Source: Felis catus (taxonomy: Eukaryota). Taken from it: a DNA stretch of 60,000 nt. Both the position numbers and the translations under genes were made by a program. The stretch is taken from assembly GCF_018350175.1 (NCBI RefSeq), contig NC_058369.1:5892001-5952000 (forward strand), in the 5' to 3' direction. The notes under the pieces are model-generated. The model searched no databases and was not told the origin of the DNA. It saw nothing but the letters and a program-made list of their open reading frames with translations. Shown here in pieces: positions 40,140-52,019 of this stretch; position 1 is the stretch's first letter, and each line of letters starts with the position of its first letter.

Positions 40140-41240
40140 TGTGCTATTACCCACATGGAGTGAAAAGCTAACAAGCACACACAAACCTGCACACAGGTGC
40201 TCATGGCAGCGTTATTCATAATCCCACAGACTTGGAAGCAACCCAGACGTCCTTCGGGGGGTGAATGGATAAACCATGGGACATCCAGACAAGGGAATGT
40301 TACTCAGCGCTAAAAAGGGAGGAGCTCTCCAGCTGTGAAAAGACACAGAGGAACCTCAAATGCATGTCGCTAAGCGAGAGAAGCCAGTCTGAAAAGGCTA
40401 CACACGGTATGATTCCAACTCGATGACATTCTGGAAAAGGCAAAAGCACGCAGACAGTAAGTAAAAGGATCCGTGGCTGCCAGGGGTGGGGAGGCGGGAG
40501 AGATGAACAGACGGAGCACAGGGGATTTTTTACGGCAGTGAAATACACTGTATGTCACCACAATGATGGATACATTCATTATCCATTTGTCCAAAGCCAT
40601 AGAGTGAACCCCAATGTAAACCATTGACTCTGGGGGCGCCTGGGTGGCTCAGTCGGTTAAGCGTCCGACTCTTGATCTCGGCTCAGGTCACGATCTCACG
40701 GTTCGTGAGTTCGAGCCCTGCATAGGGCTCCACGCAGACAGTGTGGAGCCTGCTTGGGATTCTCTCTCTCCTTCTCTCTGCCCCTCCCCCGCTTATTCAT
40801 TTTCTCTCTCGTTCTAAATAAACATTAAAAAATGTTTTTTTTTTAATTTTTTTTAACGTTTATTTATTTTTGAGACAGAGAGAGACAGGGCATGAATAGG
40901 GGAGGGGCAGAGAGCGAGGGAGACACAGAATCTGAAACAGGCTCCAGGCTCTGAGCTGTCAGCACAGAGCCCGACGCGGGGCTCGAACTCACGGACTGTG
41001 AGATCGTGACCTGAGCCGAAGTCGGACGCTCAACCGACTGAGCCACCCAGGCGCCCCTAAAAAATGTTTTTAAATAGAGTATGGACTCTGGATGGTAATG
41101 AGGTGTCAGCGCGGGTTCACGGACCGTAACTAAAGTGCCCCTCTGGTGCCACATTGACGGTGGGGACGACAGAGGGTATGGGGACTTCCTTTCCTTTCCA
41201 CTCAATTTTGCTGTGAACCTAAAACTGCTCTAAATATAAG
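40140..41240 (+). mobile_element. L1MC-like 3' region interrupted by Can-SINEs (40633-40832 +; 40835-41057 -)
   Basis: gcagcgttattcataat...gaagcaacccagacgtcc...gaatggataaac...gagaagccagtctgaaaaggctac; TSD taaaaaatgttttt around the second SINE. Confidence 0.8.
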
Positions 41241-41289
41241 TTATATGTTAATTTTTAATTTGTATTTTTTTATTCACTTATTTTCTTCA

Positions 41290-42286
41290 AATGTTTATTT
41301 ATGCTGGAGAGAGAGCGCACGAGCAAGGGAGGGTCAGAGAGAGAGGGAGACAGAGGATATGAGGCAGGCTCTGCACGGTCAGCAGAGAGCCTGACACAGG
41401 GCTCGAACTCATGAACCGTGAGATCATGACCTGAGCCCAAGTCAGACGCTTAACTGACTTAACCTATATGTTAATTTTTTAAAACAAGGGTCATTGTTTT
41501 TTACAATAATGCCTATATTGAAAATATGGTACTCTTTCGGAAGATGAATATATTAAAGGTACACACTTATTCACAAAAAGTAATGACCTAGAGAATGTGA
41601 ATGTTATAATTAATGGAATAATTCATATACCCGGGTTTATACATTACAAATAATAAGTCGGTTTTTAAAAAAAATAAACTTCCCTTGGGGTGCCCGCGTG
41701 GCTCAGTCAGTTGAGTCTCCGACTTCGGCTCAGGTCATGATCTCGTGGTTTGTCAGTTCGGGCCCCACGTCGGACTCTGTGCTGACGGCTCAGAGCCTGG
41801 AGCCTGCTTCGGATTCTGTGTCTCCTTCTCTCCCTGCCTATCCCCCGCTTGTGCTCTGTCTCTCTCAGTCTCTCAAAAATAAATGAATAAATGTAAAAAA
41901 CAAATAAAAAAAAAAAACTTCCCTTTTAGAAGAGTTAGATTTACAGAAAAATTGCAAAGATGATACAGAGTCTCATACACCCTACAATCTTTCCCCTAGT
42001 CCTCATATCTTAGAATAAAGATATGGGACACTTGTTAAAATTAATGAACCAATATTGATGCATTTTTTTTTAATTTTTTTTTTCAACGTTTATTTATTTT
42101 TGGGGCAGAGAGAGACAGAGCATGAACGGGGGAGGGGCAGAGAGAGAGGGAGACACAGAATCGGAAACAGGCTCCAGGCTCTGAGCCATCAGCCCAGAGC
42201 CTGACGCGGGGCTCGAACTCACGGACCGTGAGATCGTGACCTGGCTGAAGTCGGACGCTTAACCGACTGTGCCACCCAGGCGCCCC
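41290..42286. mobile_element. Three Can-SINEs (41290-41462 -, truncated; 41687-41917 +; 42063-42286 -, SINEC_Fc) in old L1 sequence
   Basis: SINE motifs; TSD aatattg(a/g)tgcatttt around the third copy. Confidence 0.88.
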
Positions 42287-42859
42287 AATATTGGTGCATT
42301 TTAATCAACTGAAGCCCATACCAGATTCTTTCAAATTTTCCCTGATGTCCTTTTGGGTCCCAGGAGGCCATCCAGGGTCACACATGGTCACTTAGTCTCA
42401 TTGCCTTAGTCTCCTCTGGGCTGGGACACCTTCTCAGACTTTCCTTGTTTGTGATGACCTTGACAGTCCTGAGGGGAACCGGTCAGGAATTTCAGAGAAT
42501 CTCCATCAGTTGGGACCTGCCTGATGCCCTTCTCACAGGTGGACGAGGGTGGTGGGTTTGGAGAGGAAAACCCAGAGGTGAAGGGCCCTTTTCATCATAT
42601 GGCATCCTATGCAGAGTAGATGCTGACAACATGATCAATCACAGGGGGTTTCGAGGAACAGTAACAAAGAATGATAACACACGTAGGCCAAGAAGGAAAT
42701 CTCTAAGCACAAGAAGGAGACACTGCCTAGGCCCCAGGTTCTGTAACGGCACAACTATATGAAACGAAGGGGGCGTTACCCTTGAGCCCTGAGTCTTGCC
42801 CTCCCCAGGGCTTATAATCAAATCGCTCTAACACTTATCAGGGGGGGAGGGGCTCTACA

Positions 42860-43375
42860 TCGGCTCCCCCGGTTCCCATCTCCTCTGTTCAGGCTCCTGC
42901 CTGACCCTCTCCCCTGGAGTGTGGACAGGACCTACGGAGTCCCTTTTAAGTAACAGAATACGGTAAGTGTGATGGGATGTCACATCTGAGATTAGGTTAC
43001 AAAAGACTGTCACTTCTGCCCCGCTGGCCCTCTCTTACACCCTTGGATGGAAGTCAGCCGCCGTGTTGGAGGCCGGCACGTACTCACATGGGTAAAACAC
43101 CGAAGAGGGCTACCAGCCTATAATCAGGGAGAAGTGGAGGCTCCTGGTCCGACAGCCGTCAAGGGACTGAATCCTGCCAACAGCCGTAGGAATGATCCTG
43201 GAGCAGAACCCCCCTCCCAACCCCCACTGTTGGGCCCTGAGAAGATTACAGACCCGCCTCATACCTTGACTGCAAACTTGTGAGACACCCTGAACCACAG
43301 GACCAGCTGGGTCACACCAAGACGCCGGGCCCACAGACACTGTGAGAGCACACCATACATACTTGTCTGAAACCT
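42860..43375. mobile_element. MLT1 (older subfamily) LTR
   Basis: gagtgtggacaggacct...taacagaatacggtaagtgtgatgggatgtcac...gagattaggttacaaaagactg...ccttgactgcaaacttgtgagacaccctga. Confidence 0.65.
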
Positions 43376-43384
43376 CATATTTTA

Positions 43385-43673
43385 AATTTTTTATTTATTT
43401 TTGAGACGGAGAGAGAGGACGAGGGAGAGAGAGAGAGAATCCGAGGCAGGCTCTGCACAGTCAGCACAGAGCCCGATGCAGGGCTCGAACCCGCGAACCG
43501 CGAGATCCTGACCTGAGCCGAGATCAAGAGTGGGAGCCTGGCGTCGGGCTCTGTGCTGACACTCAGAGCCTGGAGCCTGCTTCAGATTCTGTGTCTCCCT
43601 CTCTCTCTGCCCCTCCCCTGCTCGCACTGCTTCTCTCTCTCAAAAATAAATAAATACCCCCCCCAAAAAAAAA
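43385..43673. mobile_element. Head-to-head fusion of two 5'-truncated Can-SINEs
   Basis: Minus-strand copy 43385 to ~43536 runs directly into a plus-strand copy ~43537-43673. Confidence 0.85.
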
Positions 43674-43869
43674 AGAATCTAGGTGAAGCGTACGTGAGTG
43701 TTCATCATGCCATTCTTGCAACTTTTTGGTAGCTTTTAAATTTTTCAAAAGGACAAGGTGGAAGAACCAACAAAGCACCCTCCTTCCTCCCCATATGTTC
43801 CCCTACCTGCCATCATTTTTCCTTCTACACACAGCAAAGACTCCTCCGAGGTGCCCACACTCGCTCTCT

Positions 43870-44732
43870 CTGTGTGCTGGCTAAATGTTTAAATTACTGG
43901 TCTTCCAAACAAAACCAAAGGCGCCTGATCGGTAGTGTTTGCCAATTCCTGTGGTGTAAATATTCCCACCCTGGCTGATTTCACGGCTACTCATGTGGTG
44001 TCGCTGAACGCTGAATTGGTAGCAGCACATGTAACAGTATTTCCAGCACACAGATGTGATACATGTAAATACCCTCAGTAGCATGGCGAAGCAACATGTG
44101 GAAAAATAATTATGAGTTTTGGGACACCCGGGTGGCTCTGTCGGGTAAGCATCCGGGTCTTGATTTCAGCTCAGGTCATGATCTCACGGTTCTTGGGTTC
44201 AAGCCCCGAGACGGGCTCTGTGCTGACAGTTTGGAGCCTGCTTGGGATTCTCTCTCCCTCTCTCTCTGCCCCACCCCGTTCTCTCTTTTTTTCTGTCCCA
44301 AAATAAATAATAAACTTAAAAAGAAAAGGAGGTGTTGGGGTTGGAGTATTTATTACCTTTGTCTAAATGTAATCCACTTGGTCAGAAGTTTATACAATTA
44401 ACTTGTATTCTATTATTTGTTTGCTGTTTAGTTATTTTTGAGAGAGAGGGAGACAGAGCACGAGTGGGGGGAGGGACAGAGAGAGAGGGAGACAGACCCG
44501 AAGCAGGCTCCAGGCTCTGAGCTGTCGGCACAGAGTCCGACGAGGGGCTTGAACCCACGAACCGTGAGATCATGACCTGAGCCGAAGCCGGACGCTCAAC
44601 CGACTGAGCCACCCAGGTGCCCCATAATTAACTTTTAAATAATGGCTGTTTTTAACAACTAGCTCCCAAATTCCTAAAAATTTGACTGTTAGCTCTCGCT
44701 AGCCAGAACAAGCTGGCTCCAGCACACCGCTG
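43870..44732. mobile_element. MER63-like hAT-Blackjack transposon interrupted by two Can-SINEs (44121-44330 +; 44410-44623 -)
   Basis: Termini tgtgctggctaaatgtttaa and gctggctccagcacaccgctg; internal tgccaattcctgtggtgtaaatattcccacc. Confidence 0.7.
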
Positions 44733-45779
44733 TAAAAAAAATCTGAACCCACTGAAATCTGGCTTCCACAGCCACCATTCCACCAAAACCCTCTTGCTGG
44801 TCTCACCGGGGACCTCCATATTGCAAACTGCCAAGGACAACGGATACATGTCTGGCCTGGCCTGCCTTGCGTGAGTTCCGTGCAGCATTCAACACTGCGT
44901 ACTCCACCTGCCTTCTCCGAGGCCCTCCAGGTGCCTTTCCTACCTGCTGCCCAGTCCTGCCCAGTCTCCTTGAAGGGTTCTTTTTCCTCCACTTTTGGCC
45001 TTTGATATGCCCGTTTGACACACTCCCGGGTGCCCTTGTCCAATTCCATGGCTTCAGCGACAACGAAGAAGCCCAGGTCTTCTCAGCAACAACCTATGTA
45101 TCCCAACCGCGTAACTAGTTTGCTCTTCTTGGAGGAAAGACATTTCAAACAAAGCCAGAGTGGAAGCCCTCGTCCCTTACTCCCACCTCGAGGTGGAGCT
45201 CCTGAGAGACAGAGGATCTGTCCTGCCCTGAAGCTAGGAAGCGTTAAGTTGCCTCCCTTTCAAGTCCCACAGACCTTATCACAGCTTAGTAACTCAAAAG
45301 GCTTCAATACATGAACTCCCCCCAAGGTACCAGCTCCCCATCCCTCCTAGACTCAGATTGCATGGCCATGCTAAGGTACCGCCACTTGGTGGCGGCATTC
45401 TCCAAATGGAAAATAGTATCTAAGTGCTAAAAAGACAAAGGCCTAATCTTTAGGGCAAGATGTGTCAATTTATGCGAAATCCATGGGGAGTGGCCTCCAC
45501 CCAGCCTGGTCTTCATCTTCCTGTTCTGGACTAAAACCAATGGGCGCTTTCTCAAAGTGCTGTACAAAGTGGGCTCCTTTGCTCTCGTTCTTGGAGCAAC
45601 TCACTTGCCCGTCGGTCGGTCACTGTAGGTCACTGTAAGTGAGAGCCAGGGTCAGTCACTACTGGGCTGGTCCGCGGGTCAATCAGTCAGAATCCAATTG
45701 AGCCTGTCCCTGTGGTCAGTCGCCCTACTCGTCCTTCCGGACAACGGAACCTTGCACGACCTGACTGGGAGATCACCTC

Positions 45780-46620
45780 TCCGCACGGGACAGAAATCAC
45801 GTCCTCAGGATCCGCCCCTTCGCAGCCTTAACCAACCCTAGGTCTCTACCTGAAAAACGTGCCCGCCCCCGGGTGACGTCAAGAAACATGCCCCGCCTTC
45901 CCAAATCCTGTCCTATCAGAGGCCTAGCTCTCTAGGAATCTCTAGCTCATTAAGTCCCGCCCCTATGCCAGACCACTCCCCAAGGCCCCGCCCCCACGGG
46001 AACCCTGTCTAATCAGAGGCCGTTACCTCCCCGAAGCCCCGCCCCCAAGGCCGGCTTTTCCCAGACCCACGCCGCGCTACATAGACGCGGCGGATGACGC
46101 CATCAGGCCGCGTCACCAGAAGGTCACACGGGATCCAGCAACATGGCGGCGGCGGCGCTGCGGGGAGGTTGGTGCCGCTGCCCGCAGGTAAGGAGACGTA
46201 CGGGGTCAGGGTGGGGAGTAGGGGGCGGGCCTAGGGAGCTCCCAGCCCGCGACCTCCAGGGTCTTTTTCTCCTCAGGCCTTAGGCCCCCTCGGCCCTTTC
46301 TTGGGCTCGGCAGAAGGCTTGGGTTGGGTCGTTGGGTCGGTCGAGGCCGGGGCCGGGGTCCCGGAGCGAAGCTTGTGGTTGAGGAGCTAAGCGTGCCGGG
46401 TCCGAGGCGGCCATGCGCTGAGCCCGGCGGACGGCGAATCGCCCCTCACTTCCTGATCAGACTCCACGTGCACCGGGGAGTGCACGGTGGCCCGGGCGCC
46501 CGGTGGAGAAACAGCCGGGAGGAGGCAAAATACCGTTGACAGTCACGGCTCGCGTTTATGTGCCAGGTCCTCTACCGAGAGCATTTCCTGCATCGCTCCC
46601 CCTTGTTCTCCGTGTGAAAG
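45780..46620 (+). promoter_or_regulatory. TIMM44: TIMM44 CpG-island promoter with no obvious TATA box
   Basis: High CpG density; repeated GC boxes (CCCGCCC); perfect CRE TGACGTCA 45874-45881; YY1-like CAACATGGCGGC over the ATG (46139-46150). Confidence 0.85.
46143..46187 (+). CDS. TIMM44: TIMM44 exon 1 (start of mitochondrial presequence)
   Basis: ATG in strong context (aacATGG); MAAAALRGGWCRCPQ; donor CAG|gtaagg. Confidence 0.95.
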
Positions 46621-48036
46621 TGCGGGAGATGGTTCTCGTCCTGGCTTAGAGCTTGAACTCATAGGGGTGGTGGGAGTTAAGGCGTGTATGGTGCACTCAG
46701 AAAACAGTAGTATTTCATGTACTACAAGCTTCGTGGATTACACGTACTTCATGTACTGCTGCTGCTTGTTGCTGTTTCACAGGTTGGGAAACTGGGACTC
46801 AGAAAGGTTAAGCAACCTGCCCACAGCCTCAGCTCGTGGTAAGCTGACCTGGTCCAAAGCCCAGGTCAAACTGACTGCAGTGCTAGGCTCTGGATGAAGG
46901 AAAGTATCTCATAGGGATCCTAGTGTGGGGAGGAAGAAGCTGTCTTTGACTCCAGGCTGATTTTTTTTTTTTTTTTCTTGGCTACTTGTGTTTTAAGTCA
47001 GGGTTTGAGATTGAATTTACACATGTTCGGATTTGGGCACAAAACCGGTTGGGAACCAGCCTCGGGTTGGGGCTTAATATGGGATTTCATTTCCAAGTTA
47101 GACAGCCGTTCACTGCTATCTTAGACTGTTGCTGAAGTCAGTGGTTCCAGGATCAATGGGTGTAGGCATATAGAGAAGAACAAATGATTTCAGCTCTCAG
47201 GGGTTACTCTTTTTTTTAATATATATATATTTAAGTTTATTAAGTAGTCTCTACCCCAGTCGTGGGCGTCTCAAACTCACAACCCTGAGATCAGGAGTCA
47301 AATGCTGTTCCCACTGAGCCAGCCAGGTACCCCAGGAATTAGTCTTGAGTAGCTGTAGGAGATGCTGGCCTTTGCATGAGTTTGGGCTGTTGCTTAGAGT
47401 TCCTGGAGATAGGAGGCATGGAACGGGAGAGGAAAGGCCCAGGGAATATGGAAATGGAAGAGTGGTTCTATGGTCATTGACATCAATGTGCCTGGCTCGG
47501 TGCTGGGTGCTACGGTGCAATGTTGAGCAGGACGTGCACTGGCCCTTCTCTTGTGGAGCTTAAGTCCTTCATTTGGTAGGAGAAGAAATGCCTTTCACGT
47601 GATGTTAGTAGTGTCTTGGCCCAGGTGTGCCCTCTTGCACAGGACATGCTAGGGTTCTTCCAGGGTTGTGCCTAGAACAAGTTATCTGTGTTTTACCTCT
47701 GAGAGCCCAGGTCTCTGGTCTTCCAAGGCTGGCAGCAACGGGCTAGGCTTGTGAGAGAAGACTGCTCACGGCCAGCATCGAGGCGCTTGGGGGCCCATTT
47801 CAGGCTAATGAGACGAAATCAGACGAAGGCACGTTTAGCCTTCTTCCACCATAGGTTGGTATCTCCTGAGACTCATCTGGTTTCCCCCAGGTTCAGAGGC
47901 AGGAAAGTAGGGATGGACCCTGGAGGTGCAGATCCAGTGTCTTCCTTTCCACGAGATTCCATTGGCTTCTCAGAATTTAGCAAGATGGCAGAGTGTCTAG
48001 CATGCAGCAGGCCTGCAGTGAAAATCGGCAAATGAT

Positions 48037-48268
48037 GGGGCGCCTGGGTGGCTCAGTCGGTTAAGCATCTGGCTTCGGCCCAGGTCATGATCTCACGGTT
48101 TGTGGGTTCGAGCCCCGCATCGGGCTCTGTGCTGACAGCTCAGAGCCTGGAGCCTGCTTCGGATTCTGTGTCTCCCTCTCTTTCTGCTCCTCCCCTGCTA
48201 GCGCTCTGTCTCTCCCTCCCTCCCCCCGCTCCTCACCTCTCTCTCTCAAAAATAAACATTAAAAAAAA
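48037..48268 (+). mobile_element. Can-SINE ending about 100 nt upstream of TIMM44 exon 2
   Basis: TSD aaaatcggcaaatga at 48021-48035 and 48265-48279. Confidence 0.95.
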
Positions 48269-48367
48269 TCGGCAAATGAGACTTGGGCGACCCTACTTTT
48301 TAGTGGGGCTTACTCACTTCCTAGTTACCTTATCTGAATGGCTCTTTCTCTTTTCTTCCCTAACTAG

Positions 48368-48469
48368 AGATGCCTCAGCAATGGAGTCCAGTTCCTGTCC
48401 AGCCACAACCTAATGCTACTGCACAATGGTGCCTATCAGATACGCCGGCCCGGCCGAGAGCTGCCTCTG
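48368..48469 (+). CDS. TIMM44: TIMM44 exon 2
   Basis: RCLSNGVQFLSSHNLMLLHNGAYQIRRPGRELPL; pyrimidine tract then ctaactag|, donor CTG|gtgagt; 102 nt. Confidence 0.92.
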
Positions 48470-49724
48470 GTGAGTGACGGGATGCCAGCAGACAGAGAGG
48501 AGTCTGAAAGATCAGACCTGGTTGGCAGGAGACAAGAGCTGCAGGACGTTGCCCACACTGGCAAGGGCAGCTGATTGGCGTTCCCCATCCAAGACCTGCG
48601 GGGTCACAGAACCCAGCGTGCTGGTCCTCTCGGGCTCTCGGGCAGCACCTGGCATTACCAGGGGTGGAGCTCCTGCCTGACAAAGTAGATGATGTGTCAG
48701 CTCTCAGGGCTGGAAAGGCATCCCTGTACTCAGCTGAAATCCATGTCCCTGTGGCTCTTCCCTTTTCTGGGTGACATCCCTCCAGGCATTTGAGTGGAGT
48801 CACCTCACCTTGGGGGCTCAGTTTCCTGTCTCTTTTGTTCCTCACAGACAGCATTTTCTAGAGCTTTTCTCCTCCGTGTCATTCCTTTTCAACTGTGCTT
48901 CTTTCTGGCGGTGTGTTACCACCACGGGGAGGAAAGCCCCAAACCAGTATACTTCCCCAAGTGCACACACTGGGGCAGCCCACACCCTTCCCTTCCCGCT
49001 GAGTCTCTCACAGGCCTGGTCTCCCCGGTCCTGTCCTTGAGCTTTTGTGGGCGTGGCACATGCCCTGTGGCCTTTCCTCTTAGCCGCCGTGGAGCGGGAG
49101 GTGGGGCAGCTGCCAGGTGGCGCAGTCCCAGACAGTCTTAGAACCTAGACCTCCCCCAGAGAAAGGCTGGCTGGGCACACCATTCGCGTGGTTCTTCAAG
49201 CATTCTCTTTTCGGAGCCCACTCTCAACGTGGTGGGGAAGCAGCGATCCTAACCTGGCTCAGTGCGACCCTGAACTGAAGCCTGTGTCTTGGGCAGTGTA
49301 CGACTCTGGCTGTTGTGTCTGCAGAAGGACCGTGGCCTTTCTTCTGGCCTCCCTAGGCCCCGACTTTCTGGGTGTGTTGGGTTTTCCTACGAGAAGCACC
49401 CCTGAGCTTAGGCTCTGGGTGACAGTGATCCTGTGGGTTGACGGCGGAGGTTTGTGCCAAGCCCTGGGGTGACATGTGAATTCCAATGTGGGACTTGAGA
49501 GTGACCCCAAAGTTATCCCGGCCCCAGAAGCCCAGGGAGTAGGGCCCTATCTCAGCTTCTTCCAGATAAGGGGCTATCGAGTCCTTTCCACTCCATTCCT
49601 GGGACAGGGGCTCCTTTGGTGTTGCCCTTTGCCTTGGGTGAGCATGTTTGAATGTCCATGAGGATTCCAAACCGCCCGTTTCTCACCCAGGGTTCCCTCT
49701 GTTGGAGAAGGAGCCTGGAACTTT

Positions 49725-50760
49725 GTTTTGTTTTTAATAGACTTTATCCTTCTGAGCACTTTTACATGTACAGAAAAATTGAGCAGGAAGTACTGAGAGC
49801 TTCCATCAACCTCCTGGCGGCCCCTCCTCCCACCTGGGCCTGCATTTTCCAGTGGTGCGGCCTCTTGCTTTAGTATAGCACCTTTGTTACAACTGATGAG
49901 CCAGTATTGATACATCGTTATTAACTGAGGCCCATAGTTTGCCTTAGGGTTCATGCTGGGTGCTCCTTCGGTAGGTTTGGACAGAGTAGTCTTACTGCCC
50001 AGAAACTTCTCTTTGCTCTGCCCATTCATCTCCCCCACCAGCCTACCCAGCCCCTGACAACCACTGATCCTTTTACTATCCATGGTTTCACCTTTTCCAG
50101 AATGTCCTAGAGTGGGGATCATGCCACCTGGAGTCTCTTCAGACCAGCTTCTCTCACTCAGTAATATGAATTTAAGGTTCCTGTGTCTTTTTTTTTTTTT
50201 TTAAGTTTATTTATTTTTAGAGAGAGAGCACAATCAGGGTAGAAACAGAGAGAGAAGGAGAGAGAGAATCCCAAGTAGGCTCCTCACTGTCATGGTGCCC
50301 GATATTGGGCTTGAACTCACAAACCGTGAGACCCTGACCTGAGCCGAAATCAAGAGTCAGACACTCAACTGACTGAGCCACCCAAGTGCCCCCTCCTGTG
50401 TCTTTTTTAAATTGAGATATCATTGACAAATTGTGTAAGGCCGCAACATCTTTTTTTTTTTTTTAATTTTCTTTTTAATGTTTGTTTTTGACAGAGAGAG
50501 AGAGAGAGAGCGTGAGCTGGGGAGGGGGAGGGGCAGAGAGAGAGGGAGAAACAGAGTCCGAAGCAGGCCCCAAGCTGTCAGCACAGAGCCTGATGCGGGG
50601 CTCGAACTCACAAACTCTGACATCATGACCCGAACCAAACTCAGACGCTTAACCGACTGAGCCACCCAGGCGCCCCTCGCAACATCTTTTCATGGCTTGC
50701 TAACTGGTTTCCTTTTATTACTGGATAATAAAGAAACTGGACATCCCACAGTTTATCACC
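49725..50760 (-). mobile_element. Antisense L1MC-like fragment with two minus-strand Can-SINEs (50187-50393; 50450-50676)
   Basis: acagaaaaattgagcaggaagtac...gatgagccagtattgatacat...ccttttccagaatgtc; TSDs tcctgtgtcttttt and cgcaacatctttt. Confidence 0.82.
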
Positions 50761-50877
50761 TGATGCTTTCTTAACTTGACTTTCTTGGCTCATAATGGAG
50801 GTAGCTGTTCATTGTGAAACCCGTATCAGCACAGAGGAGAAAGTAAAAATCCTTTGTTTCTTTTGCATTCTTTCCAG

Positions 50878-51048
50878 TCCAAATCCTATTCTTCTGGAAA
50901 CAGGAAAGGCTTCCTCTCTGGCTTGCTAGATAATATCAAGCAAGAATTAGCCAAAAACAAAGAAATGAAAGAAAGTATAAAAAAGTTCCGAGATGAGGCC
51001 CGCAAGCTAGAAGAGTCTGACGCGCTCCAGGAGGCCAGAAGGAAATAC
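50878..51048 (+). CDS. TIMM44: TIMM44 exon 3
   Basis: SKSYSSGNRKGFLSGLLDNIKQELAKNKEMKESIKKFRDEARKLEESDALQEARRKY; tttccag| and |gtgagt. Confidence 0.97.
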
Positions 51049-52019
51049 GTGAGTCCCTTTGCTTCCCGCACAGAGATGACACAGTGGGGGAAGTGACGTC
51101 ACTCACTGACCACAGGGGCGAGCGGACAGGAGTGAGTCGCCAGCCCCCCGTTTCTGCGGTGAGACGGAGTGGGGTTCTCTGCACACCAGCGGCGCCAGCT
51201 TCTTCTGGAAGCTTGTGAGAGGTGCGGGGTCGCGGAGCCCTCCCTGACCTGCTGGATCGGAGTGCGTCTGCACGGGCTCCCCGGGTGACCCCTTGAGCTG
51301 TAGGTTTAAGATGCGCTGCTCCTGAGAGCTGGTTGTGGCCCCTTGAGTGAAGCAGGTAGAAAGCGGGTCACGGTGCTGGTGTGATTATTAATTACCGCCT
51401 GGTCTCTTACCGAAGCAGCTGCCAGGCGCCCGCCACGGGGAGTGGGCTCGGCAGCTGCTGCATCAGGGCTCTGCGAGGTGGGGACAGCCGCCCCGTCTTG
51501 CCAACGGGTGCCTGCTCCGGGTCCCTTGGGTTTTTGTTCTCTTGGCCACGTCCCAGGCTGTGAGCGAGGCCCGTTCGCTCAGAGGGCCTGTGGGGGATTC
51601 GACCTGATGGGTGATGACCCTTTCTTTCCAGTAAGGAAGAGGAGTGGGCTAAGGGGTGGTTTGGGGGCAGAGCAAGCCGAGTCGGGTGGGACTGTGTGGC
51701 TGTGGGAGATCCAGCAGCGGCTGGCAGCTGCAGGGGTGCAGAGCGAGGCAGGATAATGTGGATGAACCGGGGGGGGGGGGGGCAAGATCACCCCTGCACC
51801 TGGCGAGAGACTAGAGCCAGGGCTGGGCCTCAGGGGTCTCCGTCCATCAGCCCTCAACTGCTCCCGAAAGCAAGGCTGTCGGGCAGTGAGGGGCCCTGGG
51901 GTGGGGAGGAGGCTGGGGTGGTCGGGCAGGCGGTGGCGGGGGCAGGGCGCCGCTCAGAAAATGCTTCCTATAAGACAACTGCTGTGTTGTAACCAAGAGA
52001 AACAACCTCCTTACCGTAG

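Noticed and set aside
32678..50665. Recurring short ORFs of the type MAQSVK..SAQVMISRFV..SLEPASDSVSPSLS
   Set aside because: These are translations of Can-SINE consensus sequence, not a gene family
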